Source of the DNA: Octopus sinensis
Lineage: Eukaryota
DNA length: 44,270 nt
Reading direction: 5' to 3'
Assembly (NCBI RefSeq): GCF_006345805.1
Contig: NW_021834915.1
Coordinates: 1 to 44,270 of the forward strand
Shown here: one piece after another, positions 12,708-24,720 of the stretch
Numbering within the stretch: the stretch's first letter is position 1
How the letters are laid out: the number at the start of each line of letters is the position of its first letter
Translations under genes and position numbers: made by a program
Notes under the pieces: model-generated
The model's database searches: none
Told to the model about the DNA's origin: nothing
What the model saw: only the letters and a program-made list of their open reading frames with translations

Positions 12708-12740
12708 TTTCTGACGAAGAGCTCTGCTTGAAACGTTGAA
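12708..12740 (+). ncRNA. Minimal Penelope-type hammerhead motif, weak stem I
   Basis: TTT-CTGACGA-A-GAGC(tct)GCTT-GAAA-CG-T-T-GAA. Confidence 0.5.
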
Positions 12741-13219
12741 CTCTCTCCTTTCAGCGAGTGTCAAGCTAATACATTTCTTACGCACATCCTTATGTTGTCC
12801 GTTTTATTTGTTTATTTGAACTGTTTGTTTATTTGAATTGACTGTATGTTTGTTTGAGTGTATGTTTGTTGTGTATGTGTGTGTGTGCGTGCGTTGTGCA
12901 CGTAAGTATGTATCTATGTGTGTGTCTGAATGTGTACGCGTTTATGCGTGTGTGAAACCTGTGTAAGAAATTGTGGATGTATACAAAACCACTTATAACT
13001 GTTTATTGTAAATATTCCTTGTTTATTCACCCTCTGTTTTTTTAATGTTTTCTTTCGGAAACTCTTTGTTAAAATTGACTATTCTGTCTACGTCAATCAG
13101 ACTGGAGATATGACGAATAGATATATTTGAGTGCAACAGGATCAAAGATAAACTAGAACGGAATATAAATAGAAGACTAAAATAAATAAAATAAAATAAA
13201 ATTACTAATAATAGCAATG

Positions 13220-13284
<65 letters not shown>

Positions 13285-13694
13285 GCTGTAAAATAACACA
13301 TTTCCTGACACCTTTTAAATCATTTTGAAAACTTTTCGTTTGATTGTTATGTTTCAATTGAAACCGTGTCAAAATGTGTCAATATTTTTCTTTGGAAATT
13401 TTCATTTTAAAGGGGGTGGGGGGAGGGGGGAAGAGATAAGAGCAAAGCCCCAAAATAAGTAAGTAACCCTCCCTGCCACTCACACGAAATAGAAGAGTTT
13501 TGTAGAAAGAAGATAATGATTCAAATAACAGTTGTAACAATAAAAATTCCAGAAAAAAAAACGAATAAAAAAACCCAACTAAAATATATAACAAAAGAGA
13601 AATACAAAACGAAACACAGAAACAAAAGTAAGAACAAACACAATCGAAAATATTTCAGTATTTTCTTTTTTTCTCTGTCTCTCCCCACTTCCAC

Positions 13695-13749
<55 letters not shown>

Positions 13750-14045
13750 ATTATTATTATTTTTTTTGCAATTCACACTGGAAAAATAAATAATTAGTTT
13801 TCGTATTATTGTTGTGCTTATTGTATTTCTGCATCGTTGTTGTTGTTGTAAGTACTATTGTCATTGTATTGTCATTCCGTCGCTGTGTTCTGTCATCAGT
13901 TATCCATCTAGTTGATTTTAACTCCTTTTAAAATTCATTCCCTTACAGGAGCACTTCTTCCGGTTATTATAAGAACGAAGTGTTGACAACTGCTTTCGAC
14001 TGACAAAAATGACAGGCAGACAGCTAGATAAGCAGATAAGCAGAT

Positions 14046-14093
<48 letters not shown>

Positions 14094-14513
14094 GACTGTT
14101 ACTAGCAGCTGCTGATGGTGGCGGTAGAGCATGGTTTAGAAAAAATAGGTGGAGTACAAGAGAGAAAATAAGATAAGGCAATACAGTTACTCAGTACAGA
14201 TAAAGTTGATAGGAAACTTCTGACTAAAAATATCAATTGAATTTTTAATGAAACACAACGCCTGCTCGAGTGTCATGTGACTGCGGTAACTACGTGAAAT
14301 GTTTAGTTGACAAAACTTAATGAAACTGTTAGTTCTATCTGGAGGGTGGAATTTCTCCGTTTTGTAATTTCCTTCTGTTCAAAAGTACACCAAGACACGT
14401 CATTGTTAGCACATGACAAAATAAGAAGAAAAAATTAAAAAAAGGTTTTCTGATTTAGGTATAAAGCTGATAATTTTGTGCGTAAGGAGGAATCGGTTCC
14501 ATTGAATACTTAA

Positions 14514-14953
14514 CCCTTTTGTTACCATATTTCTGGTGACACATGCTGTCTTTATTTCAATTAAATTTTAAAATACTGAAGAATTTAAAAAAAATAATTT
14601 TTGTCATTATTAAGTTGGTGTTTAAGGCGGCGAGCTGGCAGAACCGTTAAGCACGAGGGGAAAAATGCTTAGCGGCATCTCGATCGTCCTTATGTTCTGA
14701 GTTCAAATTCCGGCGAGTCGACTTTGCTTTTCATTCATTCGGGTTCGATAAAATATGTAGCAGTTGAATATTACCACCCCACCCCCAAAATTGCTGATCT
14801 TGTCCCAAAATTTGAAACCTTTATTATTAAGTTGGTGCTTGGAGAATAAATTAACACTAAAATTGATGGAAATTTTTAATTGATATTACTGTAGAAAATA
14901 AAATTTGTATCAGAGAACTAAGAGCAGTCTTGGGTAGGCTGGTATCAAAAGGG
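14514..14953. mobile_element. piggyBac-like MITE containing a nested SINE
   Basis: TTAA-CCCTTTTGTTACC ... GGTATCAAAAGGG-TTAA: 13-bp TIR with 1 mismatch and TTAA on both sides. Confidence 0.65.
14621..14822 (+). mobile_element. SINE family A with 15-bp TSD, nested in a MITE
   Basis: ATTATTAAGTTGGTG at 14606-14620 and 14823-14837. Confidence 0.88.
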
Positions 14954-15224
14954 TTAACTGGTACTTAATCGTATTGACCTTAGAGGGAAGGAAGGCAAAT
15001 TTGACCTCTGCAGGATTTGTACACAGAACGTAAAGAGCTGAAAAAATACTATAAAGTACTTTCTCAGTCGTTCTAACAATTTTGGTAACCCAATGGTTTT
15101 TAGAACATGGATATAGTTTTTTCTTTTGTTCTATAGGCACAAGGCCTGAAATTTGGAGGAGTTTGTCGATTAAGTTGTTCTCACTAATATTTTATTTTAT
15201 CGAACCAGAATAATTTTCTTTTCT

Positions 15225-15430
15225 ACAATATATTCAAGGCTTGAAATTTGGTGGGAAGGGATGCTAATCGATTGTATCAACTCCAGTGCTCAACTGGTAC
15301 TTATTTTATCGATTTAATGATGAAAGCAAAAATCGATCTCGGCGGAATGTGAACTCAGAGCATAAAAGCAGAAAAAATGCCGCTATGCACTTCGTCCAGC
15401 GCGATAACGATTGTGCCAGTTCGCCGCCTT
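15225..15430 (-). mobile_element. SINE family A, older copy
   Basis: Degenerate head, core and type 2 tail. Confidence 0.8.
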
Positions 15431-16330
15431 ATATCGATCTAAAATGATAGAGACAAAGTTGACTTCGGTTTTATCTGAATTCAGAATTAGTATTGAATTT
15501 TAATTTTCTGCAGTATAATTCTCCTTTTTGTTTGTCTAAATTAACGACTAACGAAGGAAAAATCGACATTCTTTTAGGTTTGCAAGTTTCGAAGTTTCTA
15601 TTTCTCCATCAGAATGGTGCCTTATTATCGGCAAAATAACTTTGTTTTGGAAGAATTTTGAAATTTTGTTTTTCTTTTTTGTTCTAACATTAAGATTGAT
15701 GGAGACGTGGGAATCTGTTGATGCTGTGACACCAGCGAACTAATCGGATAACTGGCGAGGAAAATGATAGAAATATTTCAAAGAATGAATTATTCAGGGA
15801 AATTAAATCTGAAACCAATAAGATGTCAGCTTCGGAAATCTAATTCCCTAAAGGTTCCCTTATTGAGTTTAATAACTAGGGAAACCATAGTAATACAAAA
15901 TGCAGCAAACACAGAATAATTTAGTAATGAGTATTGTAGATAAATATATGGCATCGAAATGGTTGTTGTAACTATTCATTACCAAATATCGACTTAATCT
16001 TGATGTCTTCATTTAACGATATGAAGAGAGCGGCGTTTATAATCTATATTTAACCACTAAAATGATCGAGTAATTAGCAATATGGAAACGCCTGCAGGCT
16101 GTATTTAAAGTAACACGAGTTTGTTGCTTAATCTACTTGGCCATTATTATTTTCCCTAAATTAAAAGGTTTTGAAGAGAACTGCACAAGCTAAATAGTCG
16201 AACGGGTAAGGTACTAAACTTTCCAAACTCTTATTTGTAAGTCTATCTGTACTCGCTATTTTAAGAATTTTGTTGAGTCTATCGGAACATGATAGTCTTT
16301 AGTTCTTTTAGAGGGTGAGGCAAATGCATA

Positions 16331-16520
16331 CGAGGGGTTGCTGCAAAGTTCCTGGCTTTGAGGGTCACGCGAAGTTCTTTTACAGGGCTTAGAAAAACTG
16401 AAGGACCGCTACAATAAGTGTGTGACTCTGAGTGGGAGCTATGTTGAATAGAATCATAATTCACTGATCTTCCTGTATTTTCATTTACCCAAAAGCCAGG
16501 AAATTTTAAGCACTCCCTTG
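16331..16520 (+). mobile_element. Mariner-derived MITE
   Basis: TIRs CGAGGGGTTGCTGCAAAGTTCCTGGCTTT vs reverse complement of the right end, CAAGGGAGTGCTTAAAATTTCCTGGCTTT; TA on both sides; retains mariner-like C-terminal codons (GLEKLKDRYNKCV..GSYVE*). Confidence 0.8.
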
Positions 16521-16949
16521 TAGAATGTTTCATCGAAGGTTACCTTCTTCACTACCCAAGTGGCAAAGCTATTTTCTTTCTCTACTTCACGTTCAGACGA
16601 AGAGTAAAGAGCCGAAACGTTAATTCCTTAACCCTTCCCAGAAATCGAGTCCGCCGAATTCTCCAACAGAACCCTTCTTTGAACTAATTTGTACCGATAC
16701 TGATTATCACTATTTTCTTCAGGTTCTAAATAATACATTCGAGTGCATCAAACTGAAGTTCCTGTGCAGTTTAAATCTTACGCTAATTCGGTACGGATTA
16801 GATTTAATTAATCGAGCGCTGGATGTATATCGAGGGAGAGACGATTCTGTATTTGTTTTTCCCCATTTTTTAAGGAGGTTTCAATATTTATGAATAATTC
16901 GTTACAAACAGGATAACGGATGAGACCGTGATAAAAGTTATCAGTAATA

Positions 16950-17206
16950 TGCATACATACATACATACATGCATACATACATACATACATGCATGCATGC
17001 ATGCATACATACATACATGCATACATACATACATACATACATGTATACATACATACATACATGCATGCATGCATGCATACATACATACATGCATACATAC
17101 ATACATACATGCATACATACATACATACATACATGCATACACACATTACATACATACATACATGCATGCATACATACATACATACATACATACATGCATA
17201 CACACA

Positions 17207-17237
<31 letters not shown>

Positions 17238-17345
17238 AACACATACATACATACATGCATGCATGCATACATACATACATACATACATACATACATGCAT
17301 GGCATACATACATACATACATAGACATACATATATATATATATAG

Positions 17346-17375
<30 letters not shown>
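16950..17375. repeat. (CATA/CATG)n plus (TA)n compound microsatellite
   Basis: Seen directly. Confidence 0.97.
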
Positions 17376-17377
<2 letters not shown>

Positions 17378-18477
17378 AAATAGATAAATAGATTGATAGA
17401 CGGATAGATGTAGATATATAGATGCAAACAAACTTATATTTGGATATACATGTGTATGTGTATCCTTGCATATATGCATACATGCACACACACGCACATA
17501 TTCATTAACACACACACACACACATTTGTACGTGTTCGTTCAAAACCGCTAATTTTATCCATTATTTCTTTTCTATATGTGATCTTAATATGAATTAATA
17601 TGGGCATGAAAGAAATGGTAGAAGTGAGAAAACAGATAGAGAACACACTGTGCGAACGAGAGTGAAGGAGTGAAATAAACAAAAAGAACGAAGCGTGTGG
17701 CTTCTTGAAAATAAAAATATAACGAAACTCTCTTGGTGTGAGATAAATTAAAGGTATATATAATATGATAAGTATTAAAAGGTGGATTTAATAGGAAACG
17801 AAACAAGGCCCATTATATATGTTTTACAGTTGGTGTGGTGCCGTCACATGCAGAAACATGGCGTCGTATCGGTGACATCTTGCGAATATTTCCGGTGATT
17901 ATCTTCCGGGCTACAACCCTTGTCATTCCATCTCAACAACTATAATTTGTAGGGGAATGTTACACATATACACCGATGAAAATAGATAAATATATACAGA
18001 GACAGGCAGGCGCTCATTCTCTCTCAAATACACACATATATATATACATAGAGTGACAGTGAACTCAGAGGAAGTTTCAAATATCTGTGGCATGCTTAAA
18101 TGAGTTTCTTATGTGACTATATCTCTTGTAAGAGGCAACAGAGACCCTGCTTGTTTCAGTATTGAACAACTAAAAGTATTAGGAATAAGAGACAAAAAAA
18201 GTAGGTTAATTCTTCACTGGGTCCGACCTTACATTCAGAAAGACGTATAAAATAAATGTGTTTCCATGTGTATAGCTTCCGGGAAGGTTTAGTGACTGTA
18301 AGAGATAAATTGTTTAGACTTCTGAGATATTTCTGTTGCCTGAGTGGAAATGCGATTTTATGGCTCCATATTTGGTAATTCTACAAATTACAAACAACTT
18401 TTTTAAGCAGAAAGATTAGAGTTCGAATTCTAATTCTCTCAGGGACAGACAAACATTTTATTTTTATGAACAAATAT

Positions 18478-18677
18478 ATAGGCGCAGGCGTGTCTGTGCG
18501 GATAAGAAGCTTGATTTTCAGTCTTGTGATCTTACGTTCAGTCCCACTGCGTGGTACTTGGGACAATTGTCTCTTCTATAGATCTGGGCTGATCAAACCC
18601 TTATGAGTGTATTTGGTAGACAGAAACTGCGTGGAAGCCTGTCGTTTATTATACATGTGCGTGTGTGTGCGTATGAA

Positions 18678-18722
<45 letters not shown>

Positions 18723-18982
18723 CAGACAGACAGAGAAAGGGAGGGAGAGCGAGTGTGTGAGTCTGTGTCTGTGTTTGTGTTGTGGTTGTTCGCTATCTAC
18801 CGCTTGACAATCTGCGTTGGTTTGTTTATGTCCCTGTAACTTAGCAGTGCGGCAAAAAAGTGTGGGGGGGGGGAGGAGATAGAAAAAGTACCAGATTTAA
18901 AAATTAGTACTAGGCTCAATTTGTTCGACTAAATCTTTCATGTGTTGCTCCAGCATGACTGCAGTCTAATGACTGAAAAAAG
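18478..18982 (+). mobile_element. SINE family B, full length, with internal (GA)n
   Basis: Same head and tail as 2393-2828. Confidence 0.82.
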
Positions 18983-19012
18983 TATATATACATATATTCA
19001 TGCATATATATA

Positions 19013-19060
<48 letters not shown>

Positions 19061-19490
19061 TATTATTATTATTATTGTTTTGTCTCTTAATTATATACAT
19101 ATATATACATACATACATACATAGACACGTACGTATACACACGTATATATATATATACATATATATATGGATTAACTGTTGAAGTGGACGGACGTCTATT
19201 TGTTTCTCTCCCAAGTCAGTAGCAAGCTACACAGCTTCAAAACTAACTGACCTTAAATATATATATATTTGTAACCACGTATTTGCCTACAAACCCGTAA
19301 GTACGTTTTCATTTAACTACAAATTGTTATATACAACTGTTTTTCTTTTAATATCCTCAAACAACCAAATAATCAAAAACTCACACCCTTAAGAGAGAAC
19401 ATTTATATATATATACACTTCTTTAACTCCCAAGAAAGAATATATATATTTTCAAAAATCAAAAGGAAAACAAACAAAAGAAAAACAAAC

Positions 19491-20720
19491 ATGACTAACT
19501 TGCAGGCCTGCAACAGACGAAATTGGTCTGATAACGAAATTGATGTTTTAATAAACACATGGCTCTCTCTTTCCCAAACAGAAAATCTAAATGTCTTGTG
19601 TTTGAATGAGATTGCCGAAAAAACATCACAAGTGGTCAACACACGATCCGTCAAACAGATTCGTAGCAAGTTGAAACATATCGAAGTATCTTTCAAACTG
19701 ATAAGAGGCCATTATGAAAAGCTTCTTCATATTTTCACAGTTCAAGAACAACAACAGCTAGAAAATCAGCAGCCACAACAACAACAACAACAGAATGAGC
19801 CACTTCTGGTTCCCAGCACAATGGCTGACCCTGACATCGGTCAGGCACAACAACAACAACAACAGCCACAGCAACAAGAACAACAACAGCCACTCCTCAA
19901 CTCTAGCTTACTAGACGATTCACTAAATGCCAGTATCTTTTCACCGCTCTCACAGCAACCACCACAATTATCATCATCATCATCACCACCGCTGCCACTA
20001 TCGTCTTCTATCACCAAAAATACCGACAGAAAACCAAATAAGAAACCACTGCCCTCTTCCCCCACATCACCACCTCAATACTACTGCAGTAACAAAAACT
20101 TAAAGAAACATAGGAAGCAGAATGCGCCCCCCACGGCACAAACAAGAAATCCCCAAATATGCCGCTATTCACTGCGCCAGAGACTCTGCACAAATAGTGA
20201 CTGCATCTTCACGCATCTACCCGGCACTAGACGCACTACCGGCCAAGGCCAAAGCACGCATCCCACAATAACATCAACACCACCAAATAGTAAATCGAAA
20301 TTCAAAACACACACAACTCGGAGTCCCAAAATCTGCCGGTATTCCCAACGTGAGAGAACATGTCTACTGAGTGACTGTCCCTTCACTCATCTTCCAAGGA
20401 CCCGACGCACAAACAGAAACGGGGCCTCAAGCCAACACACAAACCTGAATAACAATGAAAATAGAAACACACCATGCTGCAGTAATGCTGGTCCAGTCTT
20501 TTCAGGAAGACACAAAAACAACAACAACAAAAGTGGAAACTACAACCCTATCCAACAGTGCAACCACACCTCCAGCCAAAAACTGCTCCCTAAGCAGGAA
20601 AATTCTTTTTTAGCCATGTTGAACATGGCAAAAGAGATACACAAAAACATTCTAGCCATCACTCAACACCATCCTATGCTATTACCCCAGTGCACCAATT
20701 CCCTACATTGCTGCCACTAA
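19491..20720 (+). CDS. LINE ORF1 protein, 409 aa: Myb/SANT-like (trihelix) N-terminus, poly-Q/S-P linker, two CCCH zinc fingers
   Basis: Intact ATG-to-TAA ORF directly upstream of ORF2. WSDNEIDVLINTW...EIAEK...RSVKQIRSKLK pattern; C-x8-C-x4-C-x3-H at 20160-20216 and 20334-20390. Confidence 0.85.
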   Translation: MTNLQACNRRNWSDNEIDVLINTWLSLSQTENLNVLCLNEIAEKTSQVVNTRSVKQIRSKLKHIEVSFKLIRGHYEKLLHIFTVQEQQQLENQQPQQQQQQNEPLLVPSTMADPDIGQAQQQQQQPQQQEQQQPLLNSSLLDDSLNASIFSPLSQQPPQLSSSSSPPLPLSSSITKNTDRKPNKKPLPSSPTSPPQYYCSNKNLKKHRKQNAPPTAQTRNPQICRYSLRQRLCTNSDCIFTHLPGTRRTTGQGQSTHPTITSTPPNSKSKFKTHTTRSPKICRYSQRERTCLLSDCPFTHLPRTRRTNRNGASSQHTNLNNNENRNTPCCSNAGPVFSGRHKNNNNKSGNYNPIQQCNHTSSQKLLPKQENSFLAMLNMAKEIHKNILAITQHHPMLLPQCTNSLHCCH

Positions 20721-23700
20721 CACACACAAAAAATCCAAGCCCCCTGCAACAGTCAAAACCAGCCACTACACTAACCTCCACATTCCTACTCAATGCACAA
20801 GGTGTCAGCCCTTCCATCAATGCACAAAAATGGAAGGTCCAATTCATTGAAGACTGGGTTGGTAACCATTCACACCACATCCCTTTCTTCATTCTCACTG
20901 AGACCCACCTTGACAACTCCCACTTGGAAGCCGAAGTGAGAGTGAAGAATTTCACAACCATCCGCGCGGATCGTATCGGCAGGAGGAAGGGTGGAACTGC
21001 CATTTTCCTGCATGATTCATTTACGGCAGATGGAAATAGTATATTCTCCAACGGCTACTGTGAATCAGTCACCGTGCACAACAAAGCCAATGACCTGACA
21101 GTAATTGGGCTCTATAGGCCGCCCCAAACACCCATACTGTGCTTTAAAGAATGCCTCAACAGCATTAAGTGCTTTATTCAACAGTGCCATTCTAGCAACA
21201 TACTCATGATGGGAGACTTCAATCTACCCTGTGTTGACTGGACTACAAACTGTTTGAAACCAAGCACTCCCGCCTCAACCGCTGACAAAGAAGCAGCAGA
21301 GTCACTTTTCGACTTTACGAATGAGTTTTTCTTGTCCCAACTTGTCCTTGCACCAACAAGACATCAGAACATTTTGGACCTAGTGTTTAGTAACCACACT
21401 AACACTATACATAACGTTGCAGTGGAAAAAACCCTTCTTTCAGACCATGACATGGTTCTCTGTAACATGAAATTCCACCAGCCGAAAGCTAATCCTAGTG
21501 ACCTTCCTCCAGCCCACCCATTTGACAACATGGATCTCCATAAAGCCAACTGGGATGCAATCAGGAACGAGCTATCAAATGTTGACTGGTCCTTTACACA
21601 TACACACATCTCCACCAACCATAAAACATCTTGGCAGATCTTTGTAGACACCGTCACAGACATATGTGCAAAACACTCCCCACCAAGACCTGTGAACAAA
21701 AAGTGCAGAATCCCCCAAAACAGAAAAACCATTATCAGAAAAATAAAAAGAACAAACAAAAAAATTAACAAACTAAAGTACTGCCAACAGCAACACACAC
21801 ATTCGACGGCTATCGCACTGCTTGAATCCAAAAAATATAACCTCCAACAATGCATGAAGACCCTCATCAATAACCAAAGATCAGCTGAGGAGAAGTGGGC
21901 CATTGAAAAAATCAAACTCAACCCCAAAGTGTTCTTTTCATTTGCGAGGAAACGCAGGGTCACTGTCTCCACTGTAGGCCCTCTAATTGACGAAACTGGC
22001 ACTCTCCAAGATAATGCCAAATCCATGGCCGAGATACTGCAGAAACAATACTGCTCTGTTTTCAGCAATCCTGATATGGCCGATCTGGGCTGTATCAGTG
22101 ATGTCAACCCCCAACACACTATATCGGACATAACGTTTAGTGCCCCTGATGTCTTAGCGGCGATAAACGAAATAAAACACAATTCAGCAGTAGGCCCCGA
22201 TAGGTTCCCTGCTTGTGTCCTGAAGGTGTGTCGACACCAACTTGCATCTCCCCTTACTAATCTGTGGAGAAACTCACTGGATGCTGGCTATATTCCAAAA
22301 AACCTTCTGTCCCAGTCTGTTGTCCCAGTTTTCAAAAAGGGAAACAAGTCCCTTGCAGTGAATTACCGTCCGATCTCACTCACCTCTCATATCATCAAGG
22401 TATTTGAGAGGGTGGTGAGATCTCAAATAACCCAATTTCTGGAAAGCAACAGACGGCTGATCTCCAACCAACATGGGTTCCGTAATGGAAGGGACTGCCT
22501 AACGCAGCTCCTGCATCACTTTGAGGACATTTTGAGAGCTTTGGGAGAGGGCTCCAACACCGATGTCATCTACCTTGATTTCAGTAAGGCCTTCGACAGG
22601 GTCGATCACAAGATCCTATTGAAAAAACTATCCAACATTGGTGTCTCTGGAAAGTTACTGAAATGGATTAAGTGTTTCCTGACAGACAGATCTTAACATG
22701 TTGTAGTTGAAGGGGTAAAATCAAGCCCAGCCAAAGTCAGTAGTGGCGTTCCGCAAGGCACTGTGCTGGGCCCACTTCTTTTCATCATTTACATTAATGA
22801 CATTAATGACATCATCAAGCACAGCAACATAAAAATCTTTGCAGATGACTCCAAGCTACAGAAGGTCATAAATGAGGCGAGTGACCGGACATGCCTTCAG
22901 TCAGATCTACTGGCTGTTATCCAATGGGCAGAAAAAAACAATATGCTGCTGAACGAGGATAAATTTGAGCTAATCCACTTTGGAAAAGAGGATGCCCTGA
23001 AACTCCCATACTCCCTTCCTTCAGGTGAAACTCTCGCGGCGTCCAACAACATCAGAGACTTGGGAGTAATTGTGGACAACAACGTAAGCTGGGCCACTCA
23101 TATAAACACCAAAGTTGACATGGCCCGCAGAATGTGTTCCTGGATTCTCAGAACTTTCCAGTCGAGAGATATCCACACCATTATCCTTCTCTTCTCCACT
23201 TTTGCCCGACCCCACCTTGAATACTGTTGTCCACTGTGGTCTCCCCACCACAATACAAGGTATCATAAAAGTTGAAGCACCTCAAAGGGCAATCACAAAA
23301 AAGATAGATGGCATGACAGGCCTCGACTATTGGGGTCGGCTAGAAAAGTTAAAACTCTATTCTCTCCAACGTCGTCGTGAGCGCTACATCATCTGCATGA
23401 TGTGGAAAATATTCCATCAGCATTGCCCAAATGATGTTGGCATCACCTTTAAGGTACATCCAAGGCTTGGGCCCCGTGCCATCCGCCCAAAACAAAAATC
23501 GCACTCTCATCTCATAACAACAATACGGCACAATTATTTCACCTCAATTGGCCCCGCTCTCTTTAACATTACACCAAAACACATTAAAACAGAAACTGAC
23601 CCTATAGGGTTCAAGAAGTCTTTGGACAGATTCCTTCAAGAAATCCCGGATAAACCCCCTACACCTGGATATGTCTCTGTAAAGAATAACTCTCTACTTG

Positions 23701-23726
23701 AGTGGGCCATAGTTCCCAAATTCTGA
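20594..23726 (+). pseudogene. LINE ORF2 (AP endonuclease + reverse transcriptase), disrupted by TAA at 22694-22696 and a 1-nt insertion near 23243-23249
   Basis: EN motifs LNAQG, TETHL, YRPP, GDFN, LDLVF, SDH. RT motifs QHGFR, YLDFSKAFDRV, GVPQGTVLGPLLF, FADD. The frame continues across the TAA (likely CAA) and shifts +1 at WSPH/TIQGIIKVE. Confidence 0.95.
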
Positions 23727-23792
23727 CTTGAAAGACTTCACCAGGTGGTGCTATTAAGTTAGACATGGCCTGGGCCAATAATGGCCGAAACC

Positions 23793-23810
23793 TATCAAAG
23801 TATCAAAGTA
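23793..23810 (+). repeat. CR1-type 3' terminal octamer repeat (TATCAAAG)2 TA
   Basis: Seen directly 67 nt after the ORF2 stop; short tandem-repeat tails are typical of CR1 elements. Confidence 0.7.
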
Positions 23811-24159
23811 TATATATATATATATACACACACATATACATACATATATGTATATATATATATTATATATATAATGTACATATACATGCATACGTATACG
23901 CACATATACACTACACACACACACATACACACACATAAAAGTCAAGTACCAACAATTTCATTATCTTTTAACAATACAGCCGTCATACGCAAATATTCTC
24001 TGAGTTTAGTACACAATTCATTGAGATGTTTTGTGAGTCGTAAGAATAGTTCTTGATCTACTTCAACAAACAAGACGCCCATTATTAATTCAATTGGGCT
24101 TTGACCAAGTCAGTCTATTTACGTCGTCAATTAAGAATTTATAACAATGATAATAAATA

Positions 24160-24720
24160 ATTTCAAATTTGGGCACAAGGCCAGCAGTTTCGGGGGCAGA
24201 GGAGAAGTCAATTAAATTGAATGGTACTCAACTGGTACTCAAAGGATAAAAGGTAAAGTCAAATTCGATTGAATTTGAACTTAGAACGTAAAGATAGACG
24301 AAATCCCTATTTCTTTATTACCCACAATGGACTAAACATAGAGGGGGCAAACAAGGGCAGACATAGGTATTAAGTCGATTATATCGACCTCAGTGCGTAA
24401 CTGGTACTTAATTTAATCGACCCCGAAAGGATGAAAGGCAAAGTCGACCTCGGCGGAATTTGAACTCAGAACGTAGCGGCAGACGAAATCCTTATTTCTT
24501 TATTACCCACAAGGGGCTAAACATAGAGGGGACAATCAAGGACAGACATACGTATTAAGTCGATTATATCGACCTCAGTGCATAACTGGTACTTAATTTA
24601 TCGACCCCGAAAGGATGAAAGGCAAAGTCGACCTCGGCGGAATTTGAACTCAGAACGTAGCGGCAGACGAAATAACGTTACGCATTTCGCCCGGCGTGCT
24701 AACGATTCTGCCAGCTCACC
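24160..24720 (-). mobile_element. SINE family A tandem array (one head, three bodies)
   Basis: ~184-185-bp period, with junctions at 24305 and 24490. Confidence 0.88.

Larger units (their letters stand above)
19169..23810 (+). mobile_element. Near full-length CR1-group non-LTR retrotransposon (LINE)
   Basis: Two overlapping ORFs (ORF1; APE-RT ORF2), ~320-nt 5' leader, short 3' UTR ending in the 8-bp repeat TATCAAAG x2, flanked on both sides by (TA)n/(TACA)n arrays. The C-terminal LKLYSLQRRRERY motif is CR1/L2-like. The 5' boundary is approximate. Confidence 0.92.

Noticed and set aside
20613-20629. Hairpin as a classical frameshift stimulator
   Set aside because: There is no spacer after the heptamer, whereas canonical stimulators lie about 5-9 nt downstream; its role is left open.
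20690-20692. ORF2 start codon given by the track
   Set aside because: It is GTG, not ATG, and the frame is already open from 20594, so it is not evidence of a real start.
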